Assembly (NCBI GenBank): GCA_043745355.1 | Contig: JAYTSY010000011.1 | Span: 16,822-80,821 of the forward strand | Direction of reading: 5' to 3' | DNA from: a bacterium | GTDB lineage: Bacteria; Patescibacteriota; Minisyncoccia; Phycocordibacterales; CAIZLB01 | DNA length: 64,000 nucleotides | Shown here: positions 47,778-57,760 of the stretch, in pieces | Layout: each line of letters starts with the position of its first letter | Numbering within the stretch: the first letter of the stretch is position 1 | Notes under the pieces: generated by a model | Databases searched by the model: none | What the model was told of the DNA's origin: nothing | Seen by the model: the letters and a program-made list of their open reading frames with translations, nothing else | Made by a program: the position numbers and the translations under genes

Positions 47778-48629
47778 TTAACGATTTTTCTTCTTCTGAA
47801 CTTTTAAAAAATTCTGTTTTGTAACGATCGAGCGTTTTAGGCGCTTCTCAAGCGATTTTCTTGCGCCGCCTGCAATATTTCCTCCAGCTTTCGCATCTGC
47901 CTTTAATTTTGGAATACCTTTTGAATTCTCATTCCGATGAATTTCGGTGGTTGACCTCTCTCCGAGCATTGTAAAAATAAGTTCAAAATCATCCATGTGA
48001 TCTCGGAGGTTTTGTTGCTCTAGACCCTTTAGATTTTTGTATTCTTGCGGAGTAACACCAAAAGTGGCTTTGGATATTTCTGAAGTCAGTATCTCATAAT
48101 CCTTGTTTTCCTTAGCTCCTCGGTTTTTCCATTCATCAGTTAATTCTTCTCGGATTGCAATGCCACGCATCCGCTTTTCGATCCAATCATCATTGTACCC
48201 TTTGAGTTTATAGAGCATCCGAGTACGTTTTGTAGCCAGCTCAGGATTCTCGATCTCTTGTACTCGTTCAAAACCTACTTTTGCGAGCCATCTCTTAAAT
48301 GGCTCAGCTTTTGGCGAGGGTATCGATTGAATAATACGGAAGATGCCTTCAATGTCAGCACAATCAGTTTCGTAGAATTTACCATCTTCTGCTGCTAGTT
48401 TCAGTTGTACCCAAAATGGGGACAACTGGTTCAGTTGTCCGATTTTTGCGGACAACTCATTATTACTCTCTTCCAATAGTTTTACTTTAAGGTCGCTCCA
48501 ATATTTTCTTGGTCTGTCACTACCTGTAAGCGCTTCCACTACATCCACCACCGAAAACCACCACTCTCCATTGTGAAGCACCCTTCGAATCTTCTGGTTT
48601 TTGAATATTGCGATTTGGGTTGAATCCAT
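47778..48629 (-). CDS. BRO-N domain DNA-binding protein
   Basis: IRRV...EWWFSVVDVV, RKYWSDLK, RIIQSIPSPKAEPFKRWLA, NLRDHM. Confidence 0.9.
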   Translation of the reverse strand: MDSTQIAIFKNQKIRRVLHNGEWWFSVVDVVEALTGSDRPRKYWSDLKVKLLEESNNELSAKIGQLNQLSPFWVQLKLAAEDGKFYETDCADIEGIFRIIQSIPSPKAEPFKRWLAKVGFERVQEIENPELATKRTRMLYKLKGYNDDWIEKRMRGIAIREELTDEWKNRGAKENKDYEILTSEISKATFGVTPQEYKNLKGLEQQNLRDHMDDFELIFTMLGERSTTEIHRNENSKGIPKLKADAKAGGNIAGGARKSLEKRLKRSIVTKQNFLKVQKKKNR

Positions 48630-48720
48630 ATTATAATTATATTCCTTTTTATTTTGTTGCAATCTAGATATAAATTGTAAATATGTTGTTGTCAGAATAT
48701 TCAGAATTATTTCTGAATAT

Positions 48721-48927
48721 TTACTGATTTTCCTTAATAAAATCTTCCATTGAAGTCTTATTCACCAGTTCGGGGTTTATCTTCATCTCTACTCCTGAAT
48801 TAGCAATATGATCATAAATAAACTCGGCAGTAACATGATAATTGCCCTCAATAAGCTTATTGAGCAACGCGGCAAGCTCCCTCTTGCAGTGTTTTAGTTT
48901 AGTATTTGTTACGTTTTTTGTATCCAT
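48721..48927 (-). CDS. Small hypothetical protein
   Basis: 68-aa ORF starting 9 nt after the prfA stop; AT-rich. Confidence 0.45.
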   Translation of the reverse strand: MDTKNVTNTKLKHCKRELAALLNKLIEGNYHVTAEFIYDHIANSGVEMKINPELVNKTSMEDFIKENQ

Positions 48928-48936
48928 ACATTTAAA

Positions 48937-49926
48937 TTATTCATCCTCCGACGAGTTTTCCTCCCCCTCCACAACCACTCCGTTTGCCCTATCTTGTAAT
49001 GCACTAAAGATAGGTCCGATATTCCCGAGGAATATCCCTTCGATGTTGTGCCATGATTGCTTGAGGCGATGATCAGTGACACGATCCTGGAGGACGTTGT
49101 AGGTCCGGATTTTCTCGGACCGATCCCCTGTTCCAATTTGGTCTTTACGGTTTTGCGCGAATTTCTTTGCCTCTTCTTCTTCCTTAAGCAGTGCCAATTT
49201 AGCGGTTAAAATTGACATGGCCTTTTCCCGGTTCTTGAGCTGGCTCCGCTCTGATGTCGATCGTACATCGATACCTGTCGGCTTGTGAATGAGTCGCACA
49301 GCAGTTTCTACCTTGTTTACATTCTGTCCTCCAGCACCACCAGAACGAGAAAATTCCATTTCTATGTCTGCTGGGTTTATTTCAAAATTCAATTTTTTAC
49401 GAATGGGAAGGACCGCTACTGACGCAGTGGATGTGTGAATACGACCTGATTTCTCGGTCGCTGGCACACGTTGTACACGATGCACCCCAGTCTCATATCT
49501 AAAGTATTTATAAATCTCGGGTCCTCGTAATTCATATGAGGCTTCTTTAAATCCCCCAATCGCCGTCTCAGACGAGTCGACAAGTCGTGCTGACCAGTTC
49601 TGAGTCACCGCATATTTCTGATACATGTCCGCTAGTTGCGATGCAAATAACGCCGCTTCATCACCTCCCGCACCTGCCCGCACTTCGAGAATAATTTCTG
49701 AAGGATATTCGTCGGCAACTTCATCAGCTTTCATTATTTCCTTTAATTTTTCTTCAACTCCTCTGATTTGTTCGTTGAGGGTCAGAAGTTCCTCTTTTGC
49801 CATTTCAGCCATATTCGGGTCCTCAGCCATAGCATCAACCTCTTTTTTCTGACCCAAAAGCTTCTCGTATTCATACGCGTAATAGCTGGTCTTGTGATTT
49901 TGTTTTAATTCATCGAGATTTTCCAT
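48937..49926 (-). CDS. prfA: Peptide chain release factor 1
   Basis: [19 protein letters not shown] (PxT), [16 protein letters not shown]. Confidence 0.97.
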   Translation of the reverse strand: MENLDELKQNHKTSYYAYEYEKLLGQKKEVDAMAEDPNMAEMAKEELLTLNEQIRGVEEKLKEIMKADEVADEYPSEIILEVRAGAGGDEAALFASQLADMYQKYAVTQNWSARLVDSSETAIGGFKEASYELRGPEIYKYFRYETGVHRVQRVPATEKSGRIHTSTASVAVLPIRKKLNFEINPADIEMEFSRSGGAGGQNVNKVETAVRLIHKPTGIDVRSTSERSQLKNREKAMSILTAKLALLKEEEEAKKFAQNRKDQIGTGDRSEKIRTYNVLQDRVTDHRLKQSWHNIEGIFLGNIGPIFSALQDRANGVVVEGEENSSEDE

Positions 49927-50000
49927 GTGTATTTAGGCTCTATTATTGTAGCAAAAGAAAAAGCCACATGTATTAAATGGTGGCTTTTTCTTTAACCTAG

Positions 50001-50222
50001 CTACTTCTTCTTTGTAACTTTTGTGCTCGCTGCTCGTGCCTTGAACTTTTCTACTCGTCCAGCTGTGTCGAGGATCTTTTCGTTACCAGTATAGAATGGG
50101 TGACAATTTGAACAGATTTCAATTGCAATCTTTTCCTTTGTAGAACCCATGACATAGACCGCCCCACAAGCGCAGGTAACGGTTGCTTTGTCGAAGTATT
50201 TTGGGTGGATTACTGCTTTCAT
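50001..50222 (-). CDS. rpmE: 50S ribosomal protein L31
   Basis: IHPKY..CACG...[16 protein letters not shown]. Confidence 0.97.
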   Translation of the reverse strand: MKAVIHPKYFDKATVTCACGAVYVMGSTKEKIAIEICSNCHPFYTGNEKILDTAGRVEKFKARAASTKVTKKK

Positions 50223-50262
50223 AGTTCAAGTAATATAGCACAGGGGCAAAAAAAGACAAATA

Positions 50263-50300
50263 GGGTCAGACCCCTCCGACAAGAAAGGGGGTCTGACCCC
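50263..50300. repeat. Pair of REP-like units
   Basis: GGGTCAGACCCC (50263-50274) and GGGGTCTGACCCC (50288-50300). Confidence 0.75.
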
Positions 50301-50304
50301 ATAT

Positions 50305-51660
50305 TTATTGCGCATTCTGGAGGATATCAATATTGGTCTGCAACGTCTGAACCCGACCCATCACCTGATCCCCATAGAATGAATTACTACCGCTACATGA
50401 GCGTCCTGAATAATATTTGCAGGCAGCATTACGCTGTGCGCTATATGTGCCGCCTGATGCTCCGAGATCACCCAAATAGAACGCAGAGGCCATGAACGCA
50501 TCTCTCGGGTTCCATGGGTCGGCTGGAGCAACACCGGTACTTGCCTCAATCCTGCTCTCGTTCAAAACCCACGTCGAAGGAATAAACTGTGCAGGACCCA
50601 TTGCTCCACCGTATCCAGTCGAGAATGGACATGATACGAGCGTCTTGTAGGGATCCCTACCGAGAGATTTTGTTATATCCAAAAATGGCTGAACATCGCG
50701 ACTCAGCTTCATGAGATTGGCAACACTCGCTCCGCTACTTTTGCGCGTCCCGGAACCCGTCGTTGCGTCAGCAAGATAACAGGTGCCGACATTAGCTCCG
50801 AGATTACTCTCTTGCTGAATGATAGCCAAGATGAACGCAGCAGGAACGCCCGTTTTTGCAGAGGCGTTGCGGGCATAGACTACCGCATCTCCGAATTTGA
50901 TGGCGGTAGAGTCACGTAATTGAAAAAGGGCGTTGCGGATCTTTGTGGCCTCTGCCTGCTTGTTTGCAATCTGTGTCTTGTATGTCTGTTGATCGTTTGC
51001 ATTCAACGCAAGTAGGCGCTGCTTCTCTGTTTGATTGGCCTGTACTTTTATCTTTTCACTTTCAATGCCCTTCTTTAAATCTAGCTCCTGACTACGCTTG
51101 GTGCTCAATTCATTCTTTACTTGCTCGGCCTGTGCCTTATTTTCTTTGACAACATCAAGCTTCTGTTGGAGAGATTGCTTGATTGATGCGAACGCATCTA
51201 CATCGATGAAAAATTCCATGAGAGTCTTGTTACTCAAAAAAGCTTCGGCGACAGAAAGATTATCTATTTCTCTCCCCCTCTCGAGGATGCGACCGATTGA
51301 TTCATGATCCTGATCGATCTGACCAGTGAGCGCTGTGATGGTGTTAGTTTTGACCGTAATATCCTTGCCGAGATTTGCGATGGAGAGTTCGTGGGCTTTG
51401 ATTTTCAGTTGAGCTTGTTTGATTTGGAGATCAAGTACCTGCTTGTCGCGGGAAAGTGATGTCCCCTCCTGCTTCTTGCTTCCAAGTTGAATCCCTAGAT
51501 CAGCGATCTGCTGTTCGGTCTGCGCAAGGAGATTTGTACATGCTTGCTTTTCCTCAGGAGTCACACATTGGTAATCATCAGCAAAGACAGAACTCGCCCG
51601 AAGTCCGAATACTGCGAGCAACAATATTAAAGAAATAAAAAAAACATTCCGTATGCGCAT
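50305..51660 (-). CDS. Coiled-coil (PcsB/CwlO-like) lytic transglycosylase
   Basis: Signal peptide, long coiled coil, AIIQQES, GGAMGPAQFIPSTW, DPWNPRDA. Confidence 0.88.
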   Translation of the reverse strand: MRIRNVFFISLILLLAVFGLRASSVFADDYQCVTPEEKQACTNLLAQTEQQIADLGIQLGSKKQEGTSLSRDKQVLDLQIKQAQLKIKAHELSIANLGKDITVKTNTITALTGQIDQDHESIGRILERGREIDNLSVAEAFLSNKTLMEFFIDVDAFASIKQSLQQKLDVVKENKAQAEQVKNELSTKRSQELDLKKGIESEKIKVQANQTEKQRLLALNANDQQTYKTQIANKQAEATKIRNALFQLRDSTAIKFGDAVVYARNASAKTGVPAAFILAIIQQESNLGANVGTCYLADATTGSGTRKSSGASVANLMKLSRDVQPFLDITKSLGRDPYKTLVSCPFSTGYGGAMGPAQFIPSTWVLNESRIEASTGVAPADPWNPRDAFMASAFYLGDLGASGGTYSAQRNAACKYYSGRSCSGSNSFYGDQVMGRVQTLQTNIDILQNAQ

Positions 51661-51684
51661 CTCCCTATTATAACAGAGTATTGT

Positions 51685-52338
51685 TTATTTTTCTGGTGTA
51701 GCTTCTGTAGTAGCGTCTACACCTTCTTCATCCTTCTTTCCCTTCTTTTCAGAAAGCTCGATATTTGCAACATCAACTGGAACTACCTCTTCAACTTCTT
51801 CTTTTGGAGCCGCGGTGAGAGCAACAACTTCTTCAGCTTCGAGGAGCAATGTTACACCTGCTGGGAGGACGATGTCACCCGCTTTGATCTGACTCTCAAA
51901 TGTAGTAAGAGATGAGATATCAACACTGATAGAGTGCGGAAGATCCTTTGGAAGAGCCTCGATTTCAACTTCGTGGAGTACCTTGATGAGAGCACCTCCC
52001 AAATCTTTGACAGCGGGAGAAACACCGACGAATTCGAGTGGAATGCCTACCTTCACTTTCTTGCCCTTTTCAATAACATAAAAGTCAGCATGACGGATAG
52101 TGCCGGTAACTGGGTCTCGGTCAATGTCATGGATGAGTGCGTCGTGCTCCTCATCGACACCGTTCAAGGTGATAATACTTGATTCACCGGCCTGTTTCCA
52201 GACTCGTAGGAAATCGCCTTCGTTTATTGCAATAGAAGTAGTAGGCGCTTTTGGACCATAAAATACCGCAGGGACTTTACCTGCAAGACGTGTTGCAGCA
52301 AGGCTTTCTGTTCGTTTCTCAACTGTAAGATTTATCAT
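51685..52338 (-). CDS. rplY: 50S ribosomal protein L25 (CTC form)
   Basis: GKVPAVFYG, DPVTGTIRHADFY, EALPKDLPHSISVDIS. Confidence 0.95.
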   Translation of the reverse strand: MINLTVEKRTESLAATRLAGKVPAVFYGPKAPTTSIAINEGDFLRVWKQAGESSIITLNGVDEEHDALIHDIDRDPVTGTIRHADFYVIEKGKKVKVGIPLEFVGVSPAVKDLGGALIKVLHEVEIEALPKDLPHSISVDISSLTTFESQIKAGDIVLPAGVTLLLEAEEVVALTAAPKEEVEEVVPVDVANIELSEKKGKKDEEGVDATTEATPEK

Positions 52339-52400
52339 AGGACTCGATTATATATATATTATGAAAAAAGGCAACTCTCTCACAAAGTAAAAATAGCTGA

Positions 52401-53084
52401 CTAAGGGATGAGGGCTCCTGTTGCACCATTATCAACAGTAACAACTTGATCGACGGTGCGATTGGTCCCAGAGGATAGATAAGGAGGCTGGCCATTTTGA
52501 GTGTTGAGAACCGGAAATGTACTTTGCGCAGATGAACCTCCTTTTGAATATGAATCTGTCGAAACATCTATCAATGCGGTGAAATCGTTCTTTCCCACAA
52601 CTACTCCCACTTTTTTATTTAAAATAGTTCCAATACTATCCGCATAAGTTTCCCCCTCGAGGGTTGTAAAAAAACCTGCGATACTAGTCCCCAATACTGC
52701 TCCACCAGAATCGTATTTATAGCAAGTATTTTGCCCATCATCGCTCGGGTCGCGCTGCACTGCGCCTAATAGACCGGCGGTAACAAGAACCTTTGAGGCA
52801 TTAACGGCTGCTTTGCAAAGAGGATTTGTATGACTAGCATCAACGGTGACAACATCGTAAGTGGGATATGCACCATTCTTCAAATAATACAATTCAAGTG
52901 CCGCCTGCATCTGTCGTACATCAGAGATTCGCTGTGCATCACGGCCTTTAATTCGAGCGGTCTTCAGGGAAACTAGTACAATCGAAGAGAGAAGAGAAAT
53001 AATTGCAATAACAACAAGTAGTTCAATAAGTGTGAATCCTTTTGTCTTTAGTCGTGAGTGAAATTGCTTTTTCATAGTATTCAA
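52401..53084 (-). CDS. Type IV pilin / pseudopilin
   Basis: KGFTLIELLVVIAIISLLSSIV class III signal; RDAQRISD..ALELYY. Confidence 0.93.
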   Translation of the reverse strand: MNTMKKQFHSRLKTKGFTLIELLVVIAIISLLSSIVLVSLKTARIKGRDAQRISDVRQMQAALELYYLKNGAYPTYDVVTVDASHTNPLCKAAVNASKVLVTAGLLGAVQRDPSDDGQNTCYKYDSGGAVLGTSIAGFFTTLEGETYADSIGTILNKKVGVVVGKNDFTALIDVSTDSYSKGGSSAQSTFPVLNTQNGQPPYLSSGTNRTVDQVVTVDNGATGALIP

Positions 53085-53094
53085 AATAATTCAA

Positions 53095-53319
53095 TTAAAG
53101 GCTTTGTATCGGCGCGGCGGCAAAAGAAAAATGAGCGAGATAAATTGCCACAATTATAATGAGAACAACCAAGCCAATCAGAAAATATTGAGCTTGTTCC
53201 TCTGTCTTTACTACCCCTATATTCATTAAGGCTCGTATTACTGCTGGAACTTGTTTACTCTTTTGGAATCGACTGTATAAAAAACGTTCTTGGTCGCTTT
53301 CAAATTGAAGTTCAGACAT
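53095..53319 (-). CDS. Small membrane protein upstream of the pilin
   Basis: 74 aa with a C-terminal TM helix; CATAAT 9 nt upstream of the ATG. Confidence 0.7.
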   Translation of the reverse strand: MSELQFESDQERFLYSRFQKSKQVPAVIRALMNIGVVKTEEQAQYFLIGLVVLIIIVAIYLAHFSFAAAPIQSL

Positions 53320-53374
53320 GATGAGTACATTATGACTGTTTTATGAAAATCACACAACAGGCTGCTGTGGTTAA

Positions 53375-54253
53375 CTATAGACGATTCATAACACGGAGCT
53401 TTGACTCTACAACAGCCTCGACTGCTGTGATTGTGGGAGCTGTTATGCGATACGGAGCTACCTCATCTGGATGTTCCGCAATCGATGCTTTTAGCGCGTC
53501 TCGATACGCCACACGAAGCTCAGTATTATAATGAACGATCGTAATGCCCGCTTCAACCGCCTGTAAAAGTTCTTCTTGGCTAATACCTGACGCACCGTGA
53601 AGAACGAGGGGCACTCCCGCTGATCCAGCAATCTCTCGGATCCGATCAATATTTAATTTAGGATTTCCACCACGTACTAATCCATGGACATTTCCAACTG
53701 ATGGAGCAAAAAGATCTATGCCCGTTTCTCGAACAAACTTGGCTGCATCTGATGCAGAAGTGAGCGAAGCAGGATCAACTCCGACCCCATCTGGCAATGC
53801 ATCCAGAATTTTTGATGATGTGCCGATGTATCCGAGTTCAGCTTCTATGAGTACCTCTCTGCCCGTCGAAGCCTTGATTGACTGAGCGTATTCCACACAC
53901 AACCGAGTCATTTTTACATTTTCATCAAATGATAACTTTGCGCCGTCGATAATGACCGCGTCGTACCCCGCATCAATCGCCTCTTTGACACGCTCAAATG
54001 AATACGTATGGTCGGCATTGATAAATATGGGGTAACTATCGCGTTCGCGGACCGCTTTGACTATTGCTGCCGCTTCCTGAACGCCAACAAAATCGCGTTC
54101 ACCTTCTGAGACGCCAATGATTACCGGAACGTTCAATTTGCGAGCAGCGTTGTAGATTGCGTGGAAGTTTTCTAAGTTTGAAATGTTAAAATGACCGACC
54201 GCCACGCCTTTTTCGATTGCCTGCGCCAAAGTTTTTTTCAGTGTATAATTCAT
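53375..54253 (-). CDS. fba: Class II fructose-bisphosphate aldolase
   Basis: ADH, EAELG, GNVHG, PLVLHGASG, NTELR. Confidence 0.92.
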   Translation of the reverse strand: MNYTLKKTLAQAIEKGVAVGHFNISNLENFHAIYNAARKLNVPVIIGVSEGERDFVGVQEAAAIVKAVRERDSYPIFINADHTYSFERVKEAIDAGYDAVIIDGAKLSFDENVKMTRLCVEYAQSIKASTGREVLIEAELGYIGTSSKILDALPDGVGVDPASLTSASDAAKFVRETGIDLFAPSVGNVHGLVRGGNPKLNIDRIREIAGSAGVPLVLHGASGISQEELLQAVEAGITIVHYNTELRVAYRDALKASIAEHPDEVAPYRITAPTITAVEAVVESKLRVMNRL

Positions 54254-54288
54254 GCGTTCAATAATATCACATCTAAAATTGATTTCCT

Positions 54289-56724
54289 GTGGCTAAGTAT
54301 ATCTCCTCTCGCACATACGAATTATTTCTTCGATTACTGCGCCATCCTCTCACAATGATTGTCGTACTCGGAGCTGGGTTGTATTTTTTTCAATACACCT
54401 TCTTAACGACCTACCTTCACTACGGACCATTGGTGGGTGACGACAGCAGTGGGCATGCAGCAATCGGTAGGTATTATGCCGATAATATTTTTCCAGACAT
54501 TTGGGGTTGGGCGCCACGATGGTTTGGAGGACTTGCCTTTCCTCAATTCTATCCACCGTTATTTTATTTCCTTGTCGCCCTCATATATAAAGTAACGAAT
54601 CTCTCATACGCAGTGGTATTTACTGGAGTTATTTTCACTACTATTCTCATTCTGCCAGGTCTTGTCGCTGCGGTCACTTTGCGCATAAGCAAGTCCGCGC
54701 TCGCTGCGTGGATAGCTGGAATTTTCTATCTACTTATTGAATGTACTTTTCGATCTTATGACGAATCACTTTTTGGGGGCACCGTGCAATCAACGGTGAA
54801 TGTTGGGCTGATAACTCAACAACTTGGGTTATGTTGTTTCCTCGTATGGCTTTACTTTTTTGTAGATAAGGAAAAAAACTGGTATCGGCAATTTATTACC
54901 GTGTTACTTCTTGCCGTCTCATTAGTCTCAAACACATTCATCCCTCCATTATTACTATTTTGCATGATTGCTTTTTTTATCGCGGAATTTCCTTATCAAT
55001 CACATTGGAGATCTAGGCTCACCTATGTAGGTTCATATATCATTCAAGGTATCATTCCACTTTTAATTGTGGCAATGTGGTATATACCATTACTCACTCA
55101 TCAGCAATTTGCATCGTCAGTATCACAACGACGGTTTGATCTTACAGTTCTCATCAATGCGTGGCGACCCCTCCTGATTGTGTTTTCGCTTGCATTATAC
55201 AATATTCGAAAAACAAAGAACAAAAAAATTTGGGCGGTACTTATTCTTTTTATATTTCTATTTTTGCCGACTGTTGTGCCTTTGGAGCAATGGTTTCCAA
55301 ACAGCCCGATCCAAAGCTATAGACTGCTCAGCGGATTGCTTATCTGTATTTCAATAGTCGTAGGGTGTTCTGTCACTGAACTACGTTCGCGCTTTAATCG
55401 GAGCTCCGAGCAGTTTTTTGTTGCCCTATACTCTCTGTTGATCCTATTTTGTGTTTCTATTTTCTACGTAACTGGTATCGAATATCAGAACTACTCTCAT
55501 TTCTATACGCAGTACGAACGCGACCAAGTAAAAGAAACTTCCGAGACACTTCCTCCAAATTCAGGTCGTATCAGCACCGAAGCAGGACTCGGTAGTTATA
55601 ACGGAGAACGCTCATATAACTATGCACTTCTTGATCCTGGGCTCGGGAATGGAAACCTTGAAAGTGACTACATTGTGCTCACCGACTCCTCCCTTTCGTC
55701 TGCCTTTATGCTTGCATCTCGTAATTCATTTTCTCGCAATCAAGAATTCCTTACAGGGACTTCATACATTGCAAACGATGAAAGATTTCTAAAGCAACCA
55801 ATTGCTTACAGAATAGATCGAGCAAAATATTTGGGAATAAAATATATTTTTACCAATAATGCATCTTCTACACGTGTACTTTTGCAAAGCCCCGAAGTGA
55901 GTCGTGCAGAATGGGGCCGGTGGAATATGTTTGCTATTAAAGACGCAGTCCATCTTGCTGAGGTTCCATCTTTTACTCCAACATTGCTTTTTGCTGAATT
56001 AAAGACAAAAAACAGACCATACGACTCATATGATTTTTTGCATTTTCAAGAAGAATTGTTTATCGGACCACATCGCAATATCATATTTACCGCGCCACAA
56101 GACGCTTATATCGATTCATCGAATGATTTTGCTCGTTTTCCCACGGTTGTCATATCAAATTATCAATATCACGATATTCAGGCAGCCTATCAACAACTAG
56201 CTACTTATTCAGAAAAAAATAATCTTATTTTGATGGAAAGTTCAAATCCTCTATTTACAATTCTGACCAAACGTCTCTTGAATCATTCTCACAAAATCAC
56301 GATCATTCCTACTGAAAGTCCTGCGAACACTGTCTACTATGCGACCAGGAACTCAATTAAACTGGCATTCAAGGCAATCGAGGAGGTACAGTCAGTAACG
56401 GCCCCACAGGTTTCCGTGCAAAATATACAAGCCCATGGTTCAACAATTGAAATACAGCTATCAGCAAAACCCACAACACCGGTTCCTGTGCTCATTCGAT
56501 ATTCCTATTTCCCTACGTGGAAAGCTGTCGGCATTGCTTCCTCCACAGCTGTTTATTTGGCCACACCTACTTTTATGCTTGTGTTTGCTACCGAACAGCA
56601 TGTCACCTTGACGTTTGAAAAAGATAGTTCCGTAAACGTGGGATACATTTTAAGTATTATAGGTTTTTTGCTCCTCATTGTTAGATTCTTGTTTAGCATG
56701 AAGCACGTGCAGAGAAAGAAATGA
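54289..56724 (+). CDS. Multi-pass membrane protein, GT-C-like (YfhO/PTPS-related type)
   Basis: GDD..GH, WFGG..PQFYPPL, many TM helices, C-terminal YSYFPTWKA..ATPTFMLV plus TM. Confidence 0.7.
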   Translation: MAKYISSRTYELFLRLLRHPLTMIVVLGAGLYFFQYTFLTTYLHYGPLVGDDSSGHAAIGRYYADNIFPDIWGWAPRWFGGLAFPQFYPPLFYFLVALIYKVTNLSYAVVFTGVIFTTILILPGLVAAVTLRISKSALAAWIAGIFYLLIECTFRSYDESLFGGTVQSTVNVGLITQQLGLCCFLVWLYFFVDKEKNWYRQFITVLLLAVSLVSNTFIPPLLLFCMIAFFIAEFPYQSHWRSRLTYVGSYIIQGIIPLLIVAMWYIPLLTHQQFASSVSQRRFDLTVLINAWRPLLIVFSLALYNIRKTKNKKIWAVLILFIFLFLPTVVPLEQWFPNSPIQSYRLLSGLLICISIVVGCSVTELRSRFNRSSEQFFVALYSLLILFCVSIFYVTGIEYQNYSHFYTQYERDQVKETSETLPPNSGRISTEAGLGSYNGERSYNYALLDPGLGNGNLESDYIVLTDSSLSSAFMLASRNSFSRNQEFLTGTSYIANDERFLKQPIAYRIDRAKYLGIKYIFTNNASSTRVLLQSPEVSRAEWGRWNMFAIKDAVHLAEVPSFTPTLLFAELKTKNRPYDSYDFLHFQEELFIGPHRNIIFTAPQDAYIDSSNDFARFPTVVISNYQYHDIQAAYQQLATYSEKNNLILMESSNPLFTILTKRLLNHSHKITIIPTESPANTVYYATRNSIKLAFKAIEEVQSVTAPQVSVQNIQAHGSTIEIQLSAKPTTPVPVLIRYSYFPTWKAVGIASSTAVYLATPTFMLVFATEQHVTLTFEKDSSVNVGYILSIIGFLLLIVRFLFSMKHVQRKK

Positions 56725-56736
56725 TATACTTAAGTT

Positions 56737-57747
56737 ATGTTCTCACTTTTCAACACCAAACATTCAGCATCATTCATTGCAATCGGCGACGTCGTCATCG
56801 ATGCTTTCATCAAACTACAGAACGCACACGAAGTCCCTGTTGGAAACACGGGCACCAGTGAACTTTGTATGCCATTTGCGGACAAGATCCCTTTTGAATT
56901 TGCAGAAGAGTTGCCAGCAGTTGGCAATAGCGCAAACGCAGCGGTCTCTGCTGCGCGACTCGGCCTCGCCTCAGCCCTCGTTGCCAATGTCGGAGATGAT
57001 CAACACGGACAAGAGTGCATTACTCAACTGCACAAAGAGCATGTCAACACACATTTCATTACCGTTCACAAAGGTTTGAAAACCAACTATCACTATGTAT
57101 TGTGGTTCGAAAAAGAACGCACTATTCTCATCAAGCACGAAAAATATCCTCTCGCCCTACCGAATGTCGGCAATCCTGAATGGCTGTATCTGAGTTCTCT
57201 TGGAGAAAATTCTTTTGAGTTTCATACTGTCATCGAAGACTATCTTGATAAACATCCAAATATCAAACTTGTATTTCAACCTGGTACGTATCAAATGAAA
57301 TTCGGGGCGGCAGCGCTTGCTCGGTTATATAAACATACCGAAATATTTTTCTGTAATCTTGAAGAGGCACAGCGCATCCTAGGAATCACCACGCGTAACA
57401 TTGGTGAACTCCTCGATGGATTACGCGCACTCGGTCCTAAACTTCCAGTCATTACAGACGGGCCAAAGGGTTCATATACATATATAGATAATCGCCCTGT
57501 GTTTATGCCCGCGTATCCTGATACGAAACCACCCTATGAACGAACAGGTGCAGGAGATGCATATGCATCCACGTTCACAGTCGCACTGGCACTGGGTCAA
57601 AAAATAGAAACGGCAATGAAGTGGGGTTCGGCAAACTCAATGAGTGTATGCCAATTTGTCGGAGCTCAAAAAGGATTATTAGGGCGTGGAGAGATTGAGA
57701 AACTTGTTGCAAATGCGCCATCTGAGTGGCAACTCGAGGTCCTTTGA
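56737..57747 (+). CDS. PfkB-family carbohydrate kinase
   Basis: GNSANAAV.AARLG, ITDGPKG, ERTGAGDAY. Confidence 0.92.
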   Translation: MFSLFNTKHSASFIAIGDVVIDAFIKLQNAHEVPVGNTGTSELCMPFADKIPFEFAEELPAVGNSANAAVSAARLGLASALVANVGDDQHGQECITQLHKEHVNTHFITVHKGLKTNYHYVLWFEKERTILIKHEKYPLALPNVGNPEWLYLSSLGENSFEFHTVIEDYLDKHPNIKLVFQPGTYQMKFGAAALARLYKHTEIFFCNLEEAQRILGITTRNIGELLDGLRALGPKLPVITDGPKGSYTYIDNRPVFMPAYPDTKPPYERTGAGDAYASTFTVALALGQKIETAMKWGSANSMSVCQFVGAQKGLLGRGEIEKLVANAPSEWQLEVL

Positions 57748-57760
57748 ATATAAAATACAA

